Shown: positions 1 through 12,494 of the stretch, piece after piece
How the letters are laid out: each line of letters starts with the position of its first letter
Position numbering within the stretch: the first letter of the stretch is position 1
DNA from: Craspedostauros australis
Lineage: Eukaryota
Direction of reading: 5' to 3'
DNA length: 42,533 nucleotides
Assembly (NCBI GenBank): GCA_030167865.1
Contig: JALAGF010001947.1
Location: 1 to 42,533 of the forward strand
Notes under the pieces: generated by a model
The model's database searches: none
The model's input: the letters and a program-made list of their open reading frames with translations, nothing else
Told to the model about the DNA's origin: nothing
Made by a program: the position numbers and the translations under genes

Positions 1-2018
1 TAGAGAGTTATCGCATTCAGCTCCCTCAGCTGATGTCAATTGTCACAGTTCGCATTGACTCTCGAGCAGAGAAACTGCACAGGACTGATTCGTGACATAA
101 TACTGCATGGATTAACTCGAGCGCTTTTGAGTCTATCCTATTCCCAAGGTATCAAGTTTAGACAAGTTCGTTGCATTTCCGGTTTGGCAACATCCTATTT
201 TGGTCATTCCTGTTCTGAGATTGTAGATGACGGCCAGGGAATAGAAATATATATTAATTCGTTGTGATGGGTGTGTCATCGTTGTTCTCTTGGATGTTGG
301 TGTCCGAAATTGAATGCATACAGTGTAGCGTTGCGACAAACATAGATCATTGACAACGACAAGAACGACCAAAACGGTCAAAATGAAGCAATATTATTGG
401 CTACAAGTTTAGTTACGCGTGGAAGTGATAATTTTGCCAGGACTCCACGAGCTGAGATGATTTCAGTTCAGAGCGTCGGAACTGAGTTCTCATCAGTTCG
501 CCGAGGGGGAAGTTCGCATCCCGCCCCTCGAAAAGTGTCTCTATCAGGTTATGACTCCCTCCTGGGACTGGTCGTGACTGGGTGAGCTGAGTGCGATAAC
601 TCTCTACTGTACCAGTCATTCGCAAAGTTCGTTTGGTTTCTTCTGTTTGTCCTGGTTGTTCACCTTGTTGGTTGGTTGTGTGTGTGTGTGATGACGTGAT
701 CGCCAAGTGTGCTGTTGCACCGCCCGTCACGGGACCACACACCAACAGTGCGCGGTCGTGTTTGTGTTTCGTTTTGTGACGTTTCTTCTGCACCCTTCTG
801 CTGTCTTGTTTGCCGCGGGCGTGAAGGGATAGTGAGTCCTGGAGCGTTTGTCCACGTGACGCAATAACTCTCTCAATTTGTTTAACGAATCCCTTTTCGT
901 CATGACAGACGAAGAACCTATGGTGGCTTAGCTGCATGTTGGTCCCGCATCGTGTTCGACTTCGCTGAGCAGTTTTTGACGGATGCACGAACAAAACGAA
1001 GAGATTGGTTGCAACGAAGAACGAAGCACGAAAAACTGCATTGACTAGTCGGAATGAAATTGTTCGTCAACAATTGTGTTCGTTGTGATTGCTCAGAATT
1101 TGTGACCTTCTGTTGTCTCTACATATTATATAATATTTACCGTATATACCACTCTCTGTTCCAACACAATTTGTCAAACTTTCTGCCTTGGAAGTTCGGA
1201 GGCGATTGGCATGCCAATTGGCGCCACACTTATCCGCCGTCTCACGCTTGAGCAAACTCTTGGTGGAATTCACAACACCGCATGCATCATTCGATGGCTT
1301 GCATGTGAGTGACTCCTTGTGAAGACTTCCCGTATCCGTGAGGGCATGTGTTTGTCCTTCTAGTGGTGAATGGATGAATGGATGTCCGGAATGTGGAAGA
1401 GTGTGTATGTACGAGCGGAGAAGGTGAAGCTGTGGTTGGTGTCGTTGTTGTTGTCGTTGCCGTTGACCAAGCAAGGTGAGTTGGTTGTGATTGCATTCAC
1501 AGGTACTCGTACCATGCCTTTACCTCAGAAGGTATCCATCGTGCTCTTCTCATACCCGTACGTATGTGTGTGCTGCACTTGCGTGCATGCCAGAGAAGCA
1601 AGGGGCAGTGGTTGATGCTTCAACTTCCTTCGAAGGGACTGCCTCGCCCGCCTCTGTGATGGCGGATCCAACCTGTGCCCATAATCCATCACAGATACGG
1701 TTCCCAGATCAGATGTCCGTGCTCGCAGCTCGGACAAAGTGATCTGGCTGTGCTCGGATTAGTACGATGCAACTGCGATGCCAACCACTTGAAACGAGTG
1801 AGCAATGCGTGACATTTTAGTGTTGGCATGTCTTGAAGTTGTTGTCGAGTACTAATTCATTAGATCATGGTGGCTGCTGCTACATATTGCATTTGTTCTG
1901 TCTCCATGTTGCGCTTCACGTGCTGCGCAATTGGTTGACTGTTCTTTTCCTTGCTCTTTCTCTTCCCGCCTGCGTGTGTGCGGGTGTGTCTGTGTGTATG
2001 TACAAAGAAGAGGTCGAT

Positions 2019-2660
2019 TTATCTCGCTGTGGATCGGGAGAACATGTTGCGGATGGCGCCGAGTCTTCGCTGTCTTCGTGGTGCGTCGGTTCCGTTGCCG
2101 GATGGTTGCACAATGACGAACTGGGCGTTGGGTCCTGGTCCCTGCACTGTTGGTGGCATCTGTCCCGGCACGATCAAGCCAAGACTTTCCATGCACTGTG
2201 TCTGTTCGTTGACATCGTACTTGTCGGCATCGAAGGAGTAGGCTGTGTGCATTGCGGTCTTGCGCAGGCTGTTGGTGGAGTGGTTGGATTCGCTGCCAAG
2301 GGAGAAGCTGCCGCTTTCCTGGTCTGCGATTGTCGATGTGCATGTGGAGGAAGCCAGGGAGTGGTGGGAGGAGGATGCGCCGAGGAGCATTCCGTTGCGC
2401 CGCTTCCACTGGTGGATCTGCACCTTGAGCTTGGCGTTGGCGATGAGCTTGTTCATTGGGAGTGGCTTGCGGGTGAGCGGGCATGTGCCGTTGCCGCGGT
2501 GCAGCCACTCGATGATGGCCTTGCGCTCGAAGCTGTGGCCATGCACGCTGAGCAGTGGATCTGACATGAGCTCGAGCGTGAGAGGGCACAGGAAGTGGCT
2601 TGGTGGCACTGGTGTGGAAGCGCTGCTCTTGCTGCTGGAGGTGGACGATGAGTTGCACAT
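2019..2660 (-). CDS. U-box domain protein (putative E3 ubiquitin ligase), 213 aa
   Basis: ATG-started intronless ORF. PSHFLCPLTLELMSDPLLSVHGHSFERKAIIEWLHRGNGTCPLTRKPLPMNKLIANAKLKVQIHQW matches the U-box consensus (F.CPIT.ELM.DPV...GHTYER.AI..W......CP.T...L....L.PN..LK..I..W). The rest is Ser-rich low complexity. Confidence 0.92.
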   Translation of the reverse strand: MCNSSSTSSSKSSASTPVPPSHFLCPLTLELMSDPLLSVHGHSFERKAIIEWLHRGNGTCPLTRKPLPMNKLIANAKLKVQIHQWKRRNGMLLGASSSHHSLASSTCTSTIADQESGSFSLGSESNHSTNSLRKTAMHTAYSFDADKYDVNEQTQCMESLGLIVPGQMPPTVQGPGPNAQFVIVQPSGNGTDAPRRQRRLGAIRNMFSRSTAR

Positions 2661-5600
2661 GATTGCTGTTGTTGTTGTGAATTTGTGTGTATCGCGGTTG
2701 TTGCTGTTGTGGTTGTCCGAGCTTGGATTTTATGAGATCAGTGAGCGTGGGAAAAAGGTGAAAGTGGGGTTGTGTGTGTGAGCACGCACGTGAGTGTGTC
2801 AGCTTTCCTCCTGTTTTGGATTTGGCTTGGCGCTGTTGCGTGCAGTTGTTGTGGTCGTGATGTGCTGTTCAACCGGCAAAAAACGAGCGAGGGAGGTGGT
2901 TGCGATGTTGCGGCTCGTGCAGTGATGGTCGTGATGATGGCGGTGGGGCCGTTGTCGTCGTTGTGGTGGCGACGTGAATTCGGATTCTCCGATGGGATCC
3001 TCACCCAAAGCAGACGAGCGAAGAATGCACTCAGCACGTTTTGTCTTCTCGCATGGGCAATTGACACCATGTTAGTTTTGTCATTGCGGAAATGCCTCAT
3101 GGCCCAATAAGTTGCCCCGAAGAATAGCGTGAAAACGTCCGAAGGTGCCACCACAGCAGGATTTTACGATCACAGGGACTGTGTACATGGGTGATGACAT
3201 CATTGGGCATACATGCACCAAATGCCCTTTGTCGGTGTTGTTCTTTCGTTCCGCATCACGTCCAACGGCGGTGGCTAGCCTTCATGTCACAGGATACCGC
3301 AGCCTAATTGGTGAACGCACAACTCGTAAAACTACCAACATGCTGTTCGTCCGCTGCTGGCAGCGTACTAGCCAAGAAGCGACAAACGCATCCATGATCA
3401 CCTTATCCAGGCAGCCAATGTCAATAGGAAGTCGTGGAACATGTTTGACAGAGGTTGGATGCACCGAACAGCTCCCTTTTCTCAGTATGGATCATGCCCG
3501 TCGTGTCAAGATATTTCTGTGGCTTGCAGTACCAAGAAAGCACAGGTACGAGCCGTATCCCACCTCCCCTTTCGCCCTTGGCCGCAGACGCTTTTTCAAT
3601 TTCCTTTTCTGTTTCCGATTCAACCTGCTCTGTTTCTTCACGTGATCGTGTGCACTTGTGTGCGCCCGTGTGCATGGTACGTAGTAGTAGGTTCGTAGAA
3701 GTAGCTTGAGGTCAGGGGTGCTCACGTACATGCCTATCTGTCGCACATGAATGAAGGTGAGCAGTACTTGCGTGTCTGCGTGTGCATGTGCATACCAGGG
3801 ATGGAGTAGTGGCCGTAGCCTGGCCCTCCTTTCTTGTTCAGAATGATTGTTCAATGTTCGTGAGTCGCCAGAGCTGCCTTGACGTTGCACGTCCGGCTTT
3901 GCACCCTCGAGGTTGGTGATGCTGCTGCTCCTTCCCTTGTCGGTCAACGCGTCAACCACGCGCGTACAAGTACCCGCAGCTTGGATGATGACAAACGCCT
4001 ATGTGAGTTGAAGATCTCTCTGGATAGCTCGTACAGAACACTGGAAAGTATCGCACCCCTACTCTCCATGGCCCAAGCGTGATCTGCCTCGCAGAGTCCA
4101 GCACCTTAGGCATTCAATTCCATTGGTCGCTAAGCTGTCACTTCCACTCGTTGATTGCCATTTAGGCGAGCATTGACGAGAGATGCTCCACTTTCAATCT
4201 CATTGTTGGTTTGTGCTTCATTGTGTTGCGTGGCAGAGTATGAAGCTTCTCCAGTTCGGCAGTCTCGCATCATTCGCCCAAGATGAACTGTGACGGAGGA
4301 GCTATCAACACCGGCAGCAACTGGTGTATTGAATGATTGGAGAGCCAAACTCTCGGCAGGTCCGTGACGCGGCAAAATGTGACCATCATGACATTCACCA
4401 AGTTCGGCAAAACACAACTGAGCACCTTTTCGTCGGGTTGGTGCCAGTCGATCATCTCGACAAATGGGAATGTTAAACGTGGTCCAAAATGTCATTGAAA
4501 AGGCGAACGAAGACTCGCGACGCTAAAGTAAACCATGGACCAGAATGTCGTGAACACTTATGAGGCGCTGTTGCGAGCCGTCATATATGTATCGACATTT
4601 ATGCTCCAGTCATGATGGGTGACTGTTGTTGGCGCATTTACAAAGGAGTTCTGCGCCTTGGGCCGCCACAACTGTTTCGTGAGGGTGGACCTACGTGTCA
4701 GCTGGCGTGGACGTTCACCACGACCGCTCGTGCGTCGATGAAGATACAAAGAGGCAGGTCGTGGAGTCGCAATCTCTGCGACGCTGCGTTTTCATGCTGA
4801 GCCATTGTTCATTCGTTTCGTTTACTTCGTTCCTGTGGTCTTGGCTCGTTCGAGCCACATCCACAACCCATAGTCGTACTTCTCTCTCTCTCACTCTCTT
4901 TCGCTCAGATTGCAAAACACGAGGGGTGTCACAATCACCATGGATGAAGTGTACGGGCATGTGCAGATCCTACATATTCTTCGAGCCACGAGTATTCACA
5001 ACAACAGAAGCGACAAAATCGCAGCCGACACTGTGATCCACAAGCACAGTGGAGTACTCGTAGCGCGGAACAGGGGACATGCCAGAGAGTACGTTGTGAA
5101 TGAAGACTAACCTCCCGACCGGGTTCTTGCGTGATGGACTTTGGTTGCGATCACGACAAATCGTGGAATCAGCGTCAGTTTTGGTAACACGGAGCCAACC
5201 CGATCTCTGTCCGCCTCTCTCTCTATGTGGTGCCTTCTTGGGAGTTCTTTGCTCACCGCACACTCTACGTCATCCCGTGCGAGCAGATTGTCCGCATTGT
5301 GTGAGGGAAACAACAGCGACTCCATCACAGTGGAGGCATGGCCATTCGAAGTACTTGCACACACATGTGGACAGGAACAAGGAAGGAGCGGATACAACAA
5401 GACACCTGTGTACCTACAATCATGTCTGCTGTTGTTCTTTGGCCGCAACCAGAACCGTCGGACAAGACACCCTGTCTTTGAGAAACGATGTCGCCAACAC
5501 CCATGGCCGACCGATGCGGTACCGTGCCATACCGTTTCCCAGTTGCATTTCGTGTCTGATCTCTGCCGCATCATCGCCGCCGTCATCTCCATCGTGGCGT

Positions 5601-7198
5601 TCCCATTGTTGACCAAGGGGATGGCTGCGTGTCTGTGTCGCCTGTACTCGAGCTGATTCGCAACTCGGTGACACTTGATTCCGCAGCGATTTGCACTTTG
5701 GTGTTGACCTCATCGCAACATTGCTCTGCGTATTGCATTCTGCCGATCCCGAAGCCACCGAATGCAACGAAGCAGACAAATGTGACGAAACAGAACTCAA
5801 CCAAGGCCGATGGATGCAACAAACGTCGGAGGAATGGTCGAGGCGGCGAGCCTGGAAGAAGGAAATGGAAGAGAAAGACAAATAGATGAGAGAGGCGGAG
5901 AACACCAACGTCCATGACGCCCACACATGCCAAACATACGAACGCGTGGAACATCCATGGGCAAGAGGCGGAGGAATGGATGATGCACAGAGCAAGCAAG
6001 CGCAAGAGAGAGGGACGACCAGAGCATCGCCGCAATCATCATCCATCGGTGGAATGGTGAACACCTCCCTCCACAGGTCACCATCATCGCTGGGACCGCC
6101 AACGACGGCTGCCGCGACGACAGTATCCAAAACTTGCGAAACCATGTCACGAACCACATTTCGGACGCAACGAGTTGGAAAAGTGTCTCCAACACGATCG
6201 CCATTCGCGCGCCAAACACAAAGGCGATTTATGTGTTCCGATGAGTCGATCTTCAAGTCGATGACAACAATCTCTTGAGTCGACTCGTGACAAAAAAACA
6301 CGGATGTAGTCAATTGAATCTAGCGCCGCACATCAGACAGTATCGCGACTCACTTTCTCATCCAGTCACGTTGACGTCGCCAACTGAGAACGCAAAAAGA
6401 GAAACAAAGGTATCTTTGGAATCAATCACAACACGACGAGTGTCACGCGAAGGAACCACACACAAACAGACACTGAGCAAGAAAAGAAAGAGATAGAAAG
6501 AAATGCTGCGTTCGATGTTTGAATCGTCACTGTTGACGTCGCCAATTGACCATGACTCGAAGCCATCGTTGTTAGTATTGTAATAGTAGAGAGAGAGAGA
6601 GAGAGTGAGTGAGCGAAGTATCTTGCCAAGGTCGCTGTGGTGTGACCAAAGATGGCCGGGGACGTGGCGGAATGACACCAGAGGATGGGCTCGGCACAGG
6701 CGCGGGAGAGGAGGTCACAAATCAACCGCGGGTCTCGATCATACAAGTACCTACTCGCGTTGCCAGAGGACGAGAGTGCATTTGGCGCACAATTCTGAAA
6801 AGCAACTGCCCTCATACCGTATTACAATTCGGAATCGTGTGGTATTGGTGTGCGCGGCCCCATAGTTCCACCCACGATACCGCAGCACTGCACGCTGCCA
6901 CTCGTATTGCCGCGCGCATTGCCGCACGCACTCGTAGATCGCATCGCACCATAGTAGCATCGTGCATACCAAATACTGCGGCAACCGCGTCTCGAACGAA
7001 GCGAGGAGGAGACGAACGAACATATCCACACCGACGACGTTGTCACGAAGTTGGCGCTAAACGTCTCGAGAGCCGTCTCGTGATCCATCTAACCCACGGG
7101 CCTCTCTACTATTACTCGTAGAAGGCCACCGCATCACATCACGAAGCAACGCACCGGCACGCAACGTCGACCGCCATTCTGCCTGCCAGCGTGCCACG

Positions 7199-9166
7199 AT
7201 GGAGACCAAGATGGAAACGCGGCTGCTACAGGATGAAGCATCGCCGCCGCTGTCTTCTTCATCAAGGTCTTCCTCAGCTGCTCGCAAGCCGATCACGGAG
7301 GAAGACACGATCATCGTGAAGGGCCGGTACTTTTTCCATCAGGCAACGCAAGAGCGCTTCTTAATGAAGGGCATCGCATTCCCCGTGCCGCGATCAGCCA
7401 CGAGCGAAGCGCACGACGTGGGAGGCTGGAACAGGGTGCTGGATCAGCTCGCCACCGAACTGCCGCACCTCAACACCATCCGCGTCTACGATCTCAACTG
7501 CAACAAGGATCACGCGGACTTCCTCACGCACGCCGCCAAGCTCGGCCTCTACGTCATGGTCCCCCTCACGGCATCCTCCGGACCGGGCGTGCTGGACCGC
7601 GGCGCCGTCGCGCCCAAGTGCTACCCGCACACGCTCTTCCAGTACGGACAGGCCTGCATCGACCACTTCTCCAGACACCCCAACGTCATCGGCGGGTTGG
7701 TGGGCAACGAGGTCATGAATTCGCCAAAGACCTGGGCCTCTGCGCCATGCGTCTACGCCTACGCGCGCGATCTCAAGCAGTACCAGCTCAGCATGCTGGA
7801 GGAACCGGTGGCCAGCGATGCGAGTCCACAAGAAGGAGGACAGCAGCAGCAACAGCAGCTCCAAGGCATCCGTAGACGCGCGCCTCGTCACTACATCCCG
7901 CTCGTCTACGCATCGCAGCACGACGCCTCGTTGGTCGGCGGTCCGTCGCTCATGCCTTCCAAGGCGATGCACATCACGGCGGACGTCCTCACGTGCGAGG
8001 TGACTGGCGGTCACAAACACAGAGAAGGATCGGGATCGCAAGATTCGGAGGATTCCACTGCAACTGTCACCATCCCCACGATATCCGCCATTCCCACGGT
8101 GCCTGCCATCCCTGTCGCCGACGACAGTAGCAAGGACATTGCAGCCAATGATGACGATAGCACAGGTCAGGCTCGCAACGGTACCGACAGCAACAGCAGC
8201 AACAGCACTGGTGTACCAGGATACTTTCAAGGCCACAATGGTGAGATCATCATTGGCTCGCCATCATCCCCAACATCATCGGTGCTGCTGTCGCCGGCAA
8301 TCGATGTGTTCGGCATCAACATCGAGTCCTGGTGCTCGTCTCTGCAGACCTTTCGCTACAATGAGGACGGAGTGTCCGAATCCAGCTACTACACGCTCTA
8401 CAACGAGATGGTCCGCGACGTCAACTGCCCCATCATCTTCACGGAGATTGGATGCTCCAAGCGCAGCTACAACCGTGACAACGGGATGCTACCCCAAGGA
8501 TACCGCGACTGGAAGCAAGTCCCTGCGGTCCTCGATGACATGTCCCTCGCCTTCTCGGGATTCTGCGCCTACGCCTACGACGGAAATCCCGACTTCCGCA
8601 TGATGGCCGACGAGCACGTGCCGTGGGACGGCCACACCGTCCTCACACCGGGAGATGACTTCAAGAGCTTCGGCAAGCAGCTGGACGCGACCGCGCATCT
8701 CGCACCCTCCTCGTCCGCATGGATGCCCGCCGGTGCCAAGCCGCCCAGCTGCCGAAGGGTGTGGAATGAGATCCATCAGATCTCTGGCCTGCGCATGTAC
8801 CCCGCCGATAAGATGCCAACGTACGCGGCCCCAGTCGTGATGCGCTACGCTCGCGCATCCATCCCGTTCGTTGGCATCGGCATGTTCCTCCTATTCATCG
8901 CCCTCTGCATCAAGCACGTCCTGCACACCAAGTCGTCACGTTCGACGTCGCCGCGGTCCTACAATGACAGCATCTGTGATGGCAAGACGTCGTCCTTCTC
9001 TTCGTCCGCTTCACCTTCATCGTCTCGGGATTCATTGCCCTTGCTGCAGCATCCAGCACGAACTAGCCGCGACGCAAGCGAGAATGACGTTGACCTTGGC
9101 GCAGACAACGTCAATGGCACTGCGACTATTCCGAGCTACAGATCGATCACAGCCACAATGGATTGA
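7199..9166 (+). CDS. Glycoside hydrolase family 72 (Gas1/Gel-like beta-1,3-glucanosyltransferase) with C-terminal transmembrane helix; 5' end possibly incomplete
   Basis: GH72 motifs occur in order: IIVKGRYFF..RFLMKGIAF, NTIRVYD, GLYVMVPL, GNEV (acid/base Glu), FGINIESWC, PIIFTEIGC (nucleophile Glu), FSGFCAYAY. Hydrophobic segment IPFVGIGMFLLFIALCI is followed by a Ser-rich tail. Strong C/G third-position codon bias. Confidence 0.88.
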   Translation: METKMETRLLQDEASPPLSSSSRSSSAARKPITEEDTIIVKGRYFFHQATQERFLMKGIAFPVPRSATSEAHDVGGWNRVLDQLATELPHLNTIRVYDLNCNKDHADFLTHAAKLGLYVMVPLTASSGPGVLDRGAVAPKCYPHTLFQYGQACIDHFSRHPNVIGGLVGNEVMNSPKTWASAPCVYAYARDLKQYQLSMLEEPVASDASPQEGGQQQQQQLQGIRRRAPRHYIPLVYASQHDASLVGGPSLMPSKAMHITADVLTCEVTGGHKHREGSGSQDSEDSTATVTIPTISAIPTVPAIPVADDSSKDIAANDDDSTGQARNGTDSNSSNSTGVPGYFQGHNGEIIIGSPSSPTSSVLLSPAIDVFGINIESWCSSLQTFRYNEDGVSESSYYTLYNEMVRDVNCPIIFTEIGCSKRSYNRDNGMLPQGYRDWKQVPAVLDDMSLAFSGFCAYAYDGNPDFRMMADEHVPWDGHTVLTPGDDFKSFGKQLDATAHLAPSSSAWMPAGAKPPSCRRVWNEIHQISGLRMYPADKMPTYAAPVVMRYARASIPFVGIGMFLLFIALCIKHVLHTKSSRSTSPRSYNDSICDGKTSSFSSSASPSSSRDSLPLLQHPARTSRDASENDVDLGADNVNGTATIPSYRSITATMD

Positions 9167-9236
9167 ACAACGCAATGCTGGATCGCCGAAGATGAGTGCA
9201 GGCATACACTTAGTGCATACTATGTATGTAATACCT

Positions 9237-10860
9237 TTAGATATGAGTCCAATGTGATGTAGAGGACTCTTTTTCCAAGATCTGGGATTGCCTCAAATCG
9301 GTTCCCTTCAAACGACTCTCGAATGTCCCCACTCGATTATGATTCGCTTTTCTGCTCGACTCCACTCGTTCTGTACGTGCTTGGTGTTGACATGGCTGGT
9401 TTCGTGGTTGAGAATCCTCCTTGAGCATGCGCTTCTTCCCCCCTTCGCCCTTTTCGTCCATGTCGTCGTTGTCGTCCATCTCACCCATCTTCTCGCTATT
9501 GTCACCATCAATGTCGCTGTCATCGTAGGACTCGGACTCAGGCGTAGTCGTATCCAATGGGATCATGCGCGCAAACCTCGTACAGTGATCCTTTCTTTTG
9601 GTCACTCTTGTGACGGTTGTCCAAAGCCCGCATCGCGTTGCCCAGTAGACGGCATCCATCAGTTGAAACAAGAAAAACGCCCACGAGGATGGTGCGTTGA
9701 GCGGTGCTGGCACTGTGTCATCTCCACATCCGCTGTCCTGACCTGCGACACAGTACAGCCAATGGACGCCAGAGGCGATATCATTGAAGCTGTCGTAGAC
9801 TCTGGTCATGCTTTCGCGGAGCTCTTCCATTTTCAATGGACCTCTCCTGGAGGACTCCCTCGCTCGGATGCAGATCGTGTACATATCGAGAAGTTGCACA
9901 CTGTAGTGGGGCTTTCACACCCATGCAGGCGATGTGCCAAGGAAAGCAGTGCCTCCCACCAGGTTCTTGCCTCCCTGCAACATCCACACAGAAACAAGCC
10001 GGATGGCTTCATTGACCATGAATGGTGCTTCCAGCAGTTCTGGTCCATCCTGTGCCTGGCTGGACGGACCGTCACTCGTGGGCGGATTGTCGGTTCTCGG
10101 TGCTTCCACGGTCACGGCCGCTGCTGCTGTCGCCACAATTACGTTCCTTGGTTGCCCTCTGGTGCATTCGTGTCGCTTTCGAAGATCTCGAACGACGTTG
10201 GTATCACGAGATCACCCCCTCGCCATCATGACCTTTCTCATCACCCCAACTTCCGACACTTCCACCTTCTGCGTGATTGGTGAACTTGTTCTGCAAAGCG
10301 TTGCGATCGAAGGAGGTCGGATTATCGTTGATGGCCACTAGCGGGCGTACTACGAGGGACAACCGAAGAAGGTGGAGCACTGACGGATGCGCTGAGACGT
10401 CCGCGCGGGACACGAGGCAGGCAACAGGATTTCACTCCTGAGCTGTGGCGCGAGGCCGAAGTGCGTGATGCGGCGTTGGCATCGTTAACAGTGCGCCTTC
10501 CAATCCACCGAAAGAGGTTGGATGCTGATAGAAGCAACTGTACTATGATGGTGCCCCCGAGTGCTCCATCCCCATGACGATGCGGAAGAGACCGCTGGTG
10601 GCTGTGAAGTTGTCCGTTCCACCGCCCCATGATTCGCAGATCACGATCGCTCTGCAAACATCGGACACCAACAGACCTGGCCCTGCGTCTCGACCTGATC
10701 CGCTCATTGCATCGGCATATGCATGTGTATGGGCATGGATACCAACAGAGATACACTTATGCCTTTGCAGAATGGACAGCGGCGGATCGTCATGGCAACC
10801 ATGGTGATGATGGCGTCCTTGTGGCCGAAGTTGTTGCTGGTGTGTGCCTCTTGTTGTCAC
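9237..10860 (-). pseudogene. Possible degraded or mis-sequenced gene of unknown function
   Basis: Minus-strand ORFs 10543-10860 and 10204-10413 share a frame. ORFs 9915-10136 and 9237-9899 share another frame and are separated only by a TGA at 9915-9917. Translations are protein-like, with an acidic tract ESESYDDSDIDGDNSEKMGEMDDNDDMDE. No family recognised. Confidence 0.3.
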
Positions 10861-12494
10861 GGGAAGAACGGGTGCGGAATGGATTTATTCGTGATTGAAT
10901 GATGTCCTTAATCACGGGTCCACATAAAGTGCGTCCAATGAGACCCGGATATTCGTGCACAAAGCATGCCGCAACCGTTTGGTTTGAAAATGTTTGGTCG
11001 GAAAGAGTCTGTCGCAGTCAATCGTGGGGACGTGTGTTGACAAATGGGTTGGAACAATTCAGGAGCGCACGTCCGACACACGATTTCTGGCGCCGATCAC
11101 GTGCTTCCGTCTTTCCTGTCACCATTTGGGACGAACCCCCACATCTTCCGAAATGCTACAAAGAAGCACCGCGGGTGTGTCACACCCTCGCCCAAAACGC
11201 GCCATAGTGAGAACGCCACATAACAATCCCTGCTTGCGCAACGGCTCGAAGTGACGATGCTGAAACATGTTCATAGCTGTGTATTGTAATTGACGTTATA
11301 AGAACGTTATAGCCATTATGTATTTTTGTCTGTAGTCCGATTGCGCCCCTAAGTAGGGTAAAGTTCCACTGTCGCCCACAAATCGCTGATTACGACGCCA
11401 AATCTGCGAATTTTCATCACCTGCTCCAGCGAAACCAAACAAAACAATGCGCGTTGCAATCCCTGTCGCAATCCCCTTCGGCCTCCCGCCACTTGGACCA
11501 TGTCGTTGTCACAATACCAACTTGGGAACAATCTTGTCACGACAACCTCATTGAAAGAGCACAACAAGATCTCATCCACATCGTCGGTCACAATCCTCAG
11601 AATACCTTCCTTCTTCACATCGAATCGAGTCAGCAAGGTGCGTGTGCTTCCATGATGATCATCATTCTCGGGTCTTTGCATGGCGCATCCACCCCATCAC
11701 ACTCCGTTGCTGGAGGCACCAACAATGAGCGGAAGCACATGCGCGCATCCCGAATCTTTGAGTGTGAACGGATGCGATGGCGTGCGGAGGCGAACGGACA
11801 GGCCAGGGTGTGATGCGAAAAGGACGCACCTTTCATTCCACGAGCACGGCATGCGCTGCCATGATTGCGCGGCGAATGAGTTGACAATGATGAACGATCC
11901 TCTCCGACAGCGCGTACCAATACTGAACGATCCATACTCAACGGTGCAAGGGAAGGAAAAAGCTCGGATCGCAACAGACAGTCGTTTGAGTGCACTGCCT
12001 GTACTTGCAATGTACCATGCAAAACCGAATGAGACAGCAGAGCAAGTTTCTTACATTGATCCTTCTTTCGAATTTTTCTCATTGGCTATCTCCTTGCACG
12101 TTTGGCCACACCTGGCGGACTTTGGAAAATGGCGACGAATCGTAACAATGGCGGACACAATGACAACTCACACGGCACAACGTCAACCCGCAACTCTCCG
12201 TTGGTCGTCGTACAAAAACCCCTCTGCGCGAAATCTTCGATACCTTTGATGCGGTCGGAATGGGATGACCTCACGATCTTCACTGGAACATGGCACACTG
12301 CAACGCAACGCACCGTGCAATCTCCGCATCCGATCATTTTACAAACTCGCCTCATCTCACAATCGCAACGAACGCGTCAATCGACACTAAATTGCCCTCA
12401 ACCGGTGACGACGGCGACGACAATCAATTACAACGCATTGGTCCACATTGCACTGGAACGGAACGAATCGGAACAACTCAACTTGAACAACAGG

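Noticed and set aside
1-600. Window ends (1-600 and ~42190-42533) lack the microsatellite texture, possibly transposon/LTR sequence
   Set aside because: No terminal repeats, primer-binding site, polypurine tract or transposase/RT motifs are visible. A repeat-library search would be needed.
3492-6313. Cluster of 120-300-aa ORFs on both strands
   Set aside because: No recognisable domain, no consistent codon bias, and frames broken by stops. A degraded gene cannot be excluded but is not supportable.
7394-8236. 280-aa antisense ORF (similarly 33804-34799, 36255-37316 and 30545-31315)
   Set aside because: Shadow ORFs opposite well-supported genes, explained by third-position bias.
12102-12494. 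131-aa N-terminal extension of the silicanin-like ORF in the ORF track
   Set aside because: It begins at a non-ATG codon and would bury the clear signal peptide starting at ATG 12495.
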